Shown here: one piece after another, positions 8,174 through 11,668 of the stretch
Layout of the letters: each line of letters starts with the position of its first letter
How positions within the stretch are numbered: the stretch's first letter is position 1
From: an uncultured Pseudomonadota bacterium
Lineage (GTDB): Bacteria; BMS3Abin14
Length of the DNA: 11,668 nt
Assembly (NCBI GenBank): GCA_964454175.1
Contig: CAYVSA010000020.1
Coordinates: forward strand, 18,714 to 30,381
Direction of reading: 5' to 3'
Translations under genes and position numbers: made by a program
Notes under the pieces: generated by a model
Told to the model about the DNA's origin: nothing
The model's input: only the letters and a program-made list of their open reading frames with translations
The model's database searches: none

Positions 8174-9250
8174 ATGAGGAACGGATCGAAAAGAAGACAG
8201 TGGAAAATCAGGCTCGTAACGGCCATGTTGACGGTCCTGGTTGTGATAGCGGGCGGACAAGATGGGGAAGTGAGCACCGCCTGGGCCACGGCAGGAAAGC
8301 CCCTCAAGATCCGTATGGCCACACTGGCTCCAAAGGGCTCATCTTTTCATCAGAGCCTTCAAATGATGGGCCAGAAATGGCGGCAGGCCCCCGAGGGAGG
8401 AGCCACTCTTACAATCTACACCGACGGGACCATGGGCGGTGAGTTTGACGTGATCCGAAGGATGCGGATCGGCCAGCTCCAGGCGGCCATGCTGACCGTC
8501 GTCGGATTATCGGAAATAGACGAATCCATCAACGTCCTCGAATACATGCCGATGATGTTCCGCTCCCTCGAGGAGATGGAACATGTACTGGAGCAGCTTC
8601 GCCCAACACTCGAGAAGAAGATGCTGGACAAGGGTTTCGTGACTTTATTCTGGGGTGATGCCGGCTGGGTAAGGTTTTTCACCAGCAAACCGATAAGGTA
8701 TCCAGAGGATCTGAAGAAAATGAAAACCTTCGTCTGGGCCGGCGATACCCAGCAGTTAGACCTGATGAAGGCTTCCGGCTATCATGCGGTCCCACTGGAG
8801 GCCAGTGACATCCTGACGGGTCTTCAGACCGGCATGATCAATGCCGTTCCCACGACTCCCCAATACGCTCTGGCTGGTCAGTTCTACCGTCGGGCCAAAT
8901 ACATGCTGGAGGTCAACTGGGCTCTTCTCATGGGAGCCACTGTCGTTACAAGGAAGGCCTGGGACAGCCTCACCCCCCAGGACCGGGAGTTCATCCTGGA
9001 ATCGGCTGCCGAGGCGGGCAGAGAAATACGAACCCAGAGCCGGTTGGAGGCAGAGCAGTCGGTTGAGGCCATGAAGAAGCGGGGCCTCGTGGTTCAGGAT
9101 GTCGGCCCGGAAATAGAGGCACGCTGGGAAGCGGCCGCCGAGGAAGTTTACCCGAAGATCCGCGGGCCCATGGTCCCCGAGGAGATCTTCGACGAGGTGC
9201 AGCGGCTCATCAGGGAGTATCGGGAGGCTGAACGGAAAGAGCCCGAATGA
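8174..9250 (+). CDS. dctP: TRAP transporter substrate-binding protein, DctP family (TatP-T type)
   Basis: 358 aa. N-terminal signal-like segment, KIRMATLAPKGS, IYTDGTMGGEFDVIRRMRIGQLQAA, PEDLKKMK, LTGLQTGMINA, KAWDSLTPQDR. GAGGT RBS. Confidence 0.93.
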   Translation: MRNGSKRRQWKIRLVTAMLTVLVVIAGGQDGEVSTAWATAGKPLKIRMATLAPKGSSFHQSLQMMGQKWRQAPEGGATLTIYTDGTMGGEFDVIRRMRIGQLQAAMLTVVGLSEIDESINVLEYMPMMFRSLEEMEHVLEQLRPTLEKKMLDKGFVTLFWGDAGWVRFFTSKPIRYPEDLKKMKTFVWAGDTQQLDLMKASGYHAVPLEASDILTGLQTGMINAVPTTPQYALAGQFYRRAKYMLEVNWALLMGATVVTRKAWDSLTPQDREFILESAAEAGREIRTQSRLEAEQSVEAMKKRGLVVQDVGPEIEARWEAAAEEVYPKIRGPMVPEEIFDEVQRLIREYREAERKEPE

Positions 9251-11103
9251 GGGAGGCTGTACCGGACAGCACCGGGACAGTGGGAGGAAATGGCCCCGTC
9301 AGCTTCTCCCGATTCTGGAAACAAGGGGAGAACTTTCTGATCGGCATCGCCCTTGCGGCCATGGTTTTGATACCCCTGGCCGAAATTGTCCTGCGGGCGG
9401 TCTTCAAGGTGGGTATCTCGGCTTCGACCTCCCTGGTCCAGCACCTGACCCTGGTGGTGTCTATGGCAGGGGGTGCCATCGCTGCCCGGGAAAACCGGCT
9501 CCTTTCCCTTTCTGCAGCTACCGATTATCTCAAGGGTCCTTATCGATCCGCCGCACGGATATACAGCGGAGCTTTTGCTCTGGCTGTCACGGCCCTGCTT
9601 GGTGTGGCCGGCGTTCAGTTCATTCAAGCGGAGCGGCTGGGCGGGAAGATCCTTGTCTACGGCATCCCGATTTGGATCGTGCAGTTGTGCATTCCCGTGG
9701 GTTTCGCCATGATCTCCCTTCACATCCTCCGGTATGCGGCTGATCGGTGGTCCGGGCGGCTCCTGGTCACACTGATCGCGGGGACGATCGTCATGGCGGG
9801 CCTCATGCCGCCCTTCTCTCCAGCCGTCCTGGTCCCCCTTGCCCTGGCCGGTCTCATTCTGGCCACGGCCCTTGGATCCCCCGTCTTCGTCCTCCTCGGA
9901 GGAGCGGCTGTCATCCTCTTCTGGGGGGCGGATCTGCCCATCGCCTCCATTCCCCTTGACCAGTATCGCCTGGTTACGAACCCGTCTCTTCCGGCCCTCC
10001 CCCTGTTCACACTGGCTGGTTATTTTCTGGCGGAAGGGGGCGCCCCCCGGAGACTAATCAGGCTGTTTCAGGTTAGTCTTGGTGGTGTCAGAGGCGGACC
10101 GGCCATCATAACCGCCGTTATATGTGCCTTTTTCACATCCTTCACCGGAGCATCCGGGGTGACCATCCTGGCTCTGGGAGGGCTCCTCATGCCGATACTG
10201 ACAGCGTCCGGCTGTTCAGAGCGGTCGGCCCTTGGATTGCTGACCGGCTCCGGTTCCCTGGGCCTCCTCTTCCCTCCCTGCCTCCCGCTGATCCTGTACG
10301 CCATCATCGCAAAAGTCTCCCTGGAAGAGATCTTTCTGGCCGGGGTCCTCCCCGGGGTCCTCCTGGTGGCCATGACCGCCTGGTGGGGTGCCCGGCAATG
10401 TCCGAGGGTCGAATCAACCGGGAAGAGATTCAAACCCGAAGAGGTGAGACAGGCACTCTGGGAAGCCAAATGGGAAATGCTATTGCCCCTGGTCGCCCTC
10501 GGATCTCTTTTCAGCGGCCTGGCCACACCGGTGGAGTCGGCTGCTATGACCGCCCTTTACGCCTTTATGACACAGACCCTTTTTCATCGGGATCTGAAGC
10601 TGTCACGTGATATCAGTCGGGTGCTGACAGAATGCGGGCTGCTGATCGGTGGTGTGCTTCTCATCCTGGGTGTTGCCCTCGGTTTTACCAACTACCTGGT
10701 GGATGCCCAGATCCCTTCCCGCATGGTTGACCTGGTCACCGGCACCATCGAGTCTCCCCTGGTGTTCCTGCTCCTCCTGAACGTTTTTCTGATAGTCGTC
10801 GGCTGCCTGATGGATATCTACTCGGCCATTGTGGTGGTGGTGCCTCTCATCGTCCCACTGGGTGCGGCTTTCGGGATCGATCCGGTTCATCTGGGGATAA
10901 TTTTCCTGGCCAACCTCGAGTTGGGCTACCTTACCCCCCCGGTAGGGATGAACCTTTTTCTTGCCTCCTATCGGTTCGACAAGCCGCTGCCGGAGGTCTA
11001 CCGGTCGATACTGCCTATTCTTTTCGTCCTTCTGGTCGGTGTGCTCCTGATAACCTACATCCCGCCCTTAACGACCTTTCTCCCCAAACTCCTTTACCGC
11101 TGA
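9247..11103 (+). CDS. dctM: TRAP transporter fused small and large permease (DctQ-DctM)
   Basis: 618-aa highly hydrophobic protein overlapping the dctP stop (ATGA). The N-terminal about 170 aa is DctQ-like (GGAIAARENRLL). The C-terminal part has DctM motifs LPALPLFTLAG, FTSFTGASG, GSLGLLFPP, ATPVES, GIDPVHLGIIF and GYLTPPVGMNLF. Confidence 0.95.
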   Translation: MREAVPDSTGTVGGNGPVSFSRFWKQGENFLIGIALAAMVLIPLAEIVLRAVFKVGISASTSLVQHLTLVVSMAGGAIAARENRLLSLSAATDYLKGPYRSAARIYSGAFALAVTALLGVAGVQFIQAERLGGKILVYGIPIWIVQLCIPVGFAMISLHILRYAADRWSGRLLVTLIAGTIVMAGLMPPFSPAVLVPLALAGLILATALGSPVFVLLGGAAVILFWGADLPIASIPLDQYRLVTNPSLPALPLFTLAGYFLAEGGAPRRLIRLFQVSLGGVRGGPAIITAVICAFFTSFTGASGVTILALGGLLMPILTASGCSERSALGLLTGSGSLGLLFPPCLPLILYAIIAKVSLEEIFLAGVLPGVLLVAMTAWWGARQCPRVESTGKRFKPEEVRQALWEAKWEMLLPLVALGSLFSGLATPVESAAMTALYAFMTQTLFHRDLKLSRDISRVLTECGLLIGGVLLILGVALGFTNYLVDAQIPSRMVDLVTGTIESPLVFLLLLNVFLIVVGCLMDIYSAIVVVVPLIVPLGAAFGIDPVHLGIIFLANLELGYLTPPVGMNLFLASYRFDKPLPEVYRSILPILFVLLVGVLLITYIPPLTTFLPKLLYR

Positions 11104-11121
11104 GCACTGTCTGTCTGTATG

Positions 11122-11149
11122 TTGAATATCATCTTCATTCTGTTATAAT
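11122..11149 (+). promoter_or_regulatory. Putative sigma70 promoter with extended -10 for the entericidin-like gene
   Basis: TTGAAT (11122-11127), N16, TATAAT (11144-11149), with TG at 11141-11142 (TGnTATAAT). Confidence 0.65.
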
Positions 11150-11200
11150 CCGGTAGCTTTTCAGGTGTAATGTTGCAGGGGGCAGTTATGGAGGACATTG

Positions 11201-11332
11201 ATGAAAAGGTTATCAGCTGTAATAGCAGTCATTTTCCTGGCAGTGAGCCTTGGCGCCTGCAGCACGATGGAGGGGTTGGGAAAAGACATCCAGAAAGCAG
11301 GCAAGAGCCTCGAGGATGCCGCTGAAAAGTAA
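11201..11332 (+). CDS. Entericidin EcnA/B family small lipoprotein (43 aa; below the ORF-track cutoff)
   Basis: Translated by hand: MKRLSAVIAVIFLAVSLGACSTMEGLGKDIQKAGKSLEDAAEK*. GGAGGA RBS at 11190-11195. Lipobox LGA-C20 followed by the family pattern C-x-T-x-x-G-x-G-x-D-I-x-x-x-G-x-x-(I/L)-x-x-A-A. Confidence 0.92.
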   Translation: MKRLSAVIAVIFLAVSLGACSTMEGLGKDIQKAGKSLEDAAEK

Positions 11333-11399
11333 TCCGCAGATTTCTGAGATTAGATCAGGGCCTGTAATCAACCCTGGTTAAAGCTATTTATAAATTTAA

Positions 11400-11474
11400 G
11401 GGGACGTAGCTCAGCGGGAGAGCACCTGCTTCGCATGCAGGGGGTCGTGGGTTCAAATCCCATCGTCTCCACCA
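11400..11474 (+). tRNA. tRNA-Ala (anticodon CGC)
   Basis: Acceptor stem GGGGACG/CGTCTCC with the G3:U70 alanine identity pair. D-arm GCTC/GAGC. Anticodon stem CCTGC/GCAGG with loop TT-CGC-AT (anticodon 11432-11434). T-arm GTGGG-TTCAAAT-CCCAT. Discriminator A and encoded CCA. Confidence 0.98.
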
Positions 11475-11482
11475 CTCGACGC

Positions 11483-11522
11483 ACAAAGAAACCCGTCTTG
11501 AAAAAGGCGGGTTTCTTTGTTT
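11483..11522 (+). terminator. Rho-independent, probably bidirectional, terminator after tRNA-Ala
   Basis: ACAAAGAAACCCGTCTT-GAAA-AAGGCGGGTTTCTTTGT: 17-bp stem with one G:U pair, a GNRA loop, and A-rich and T-rich flanks. Confidence 0.9.
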
Positions 11523-11641
11523 GCTCGTGGCAGGCCTTGTTGCGATAATCGCGTGCCGCGAGTGCGGAGAGTAGTCCCGAGCAAAGTGCTGTCAGTACAT
11601 GCACTGCGCCGAGGGGCACCAATAAAATCAACGTATACATA

Positions 11642-11651
11642 GTGTCAGAGC
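11642..11651 (+). repeat. Near-perfect motif copy (A)GTGTCAGAGC(C), intergenic
   Basis: 10/11 match to GGTGTCAGAGC, downstream of the tRNA terminator. Confidence 0.65.
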
Positions 11652-11668
11652 CTTTGTGCAAAAGTGAC

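Noticed and set aside
8174-8210. Twin-arginine (Tat) signal in the DctP-like protein (SKRRQWK)
   Set aside because: Poor match to S/T-R-R-x-F-L-K; it fits a basic Sec n-region equally well. The name TatT is unrelated to Tat export.
11368-11661. 97-aa minus-strand ORF (MHKGSDTM...)
   Set aside because: It is the antisense shadow of tRNA-Ala and its terminator; VETMGFEPTTPCMRSRCSPAELRP is a typical reverse-translated tRNA.
11475-11668. Genomic island boundary at the tRNA 3' end
   Set aside because: No integrase or duplicated att sequence is visible in the window, and a normal terminator follows the tRNA directly.

Overview
Bacterial chromosomal window of moderately high GC with no mobile element genes. 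From left to right it holds: a large membrane hybrid sensor kinase (periplasmic sensor-HAMP-PAS-PAS-HisKA-HATPase-REC, minus strand) preceded by a truncated family-3 solute-binding-protein gene; a divergent DUF302 gene; a convergent gnd-zwf oxidative pentose phosphate pair; a complete three-gene TPAT/TRAP-T transporter operon (TatT lipoprotein, DctP-like P subunit, fused DctQM); a small entericidin-family lipoprotein gene missed by the ORF track; and tRNA-Ala(CGC) with a strong terminator. The most unusual signal is a non-palindromic motif, GGTGTCAGAGC(AA). It has six exact 11-nt copies within about 1.55 kb and two 10/11 copies further right. The copies lie between genes and inside genes in three different reading frames, and they form direct pairs 22 and 33 bp apart; one pair appears to have added a CSDT...CSDT segment to Zwf. 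The DUF302-zwf spacer also holds a REP-like hairpin inserted cleanly into a heptamer tandem repeat.
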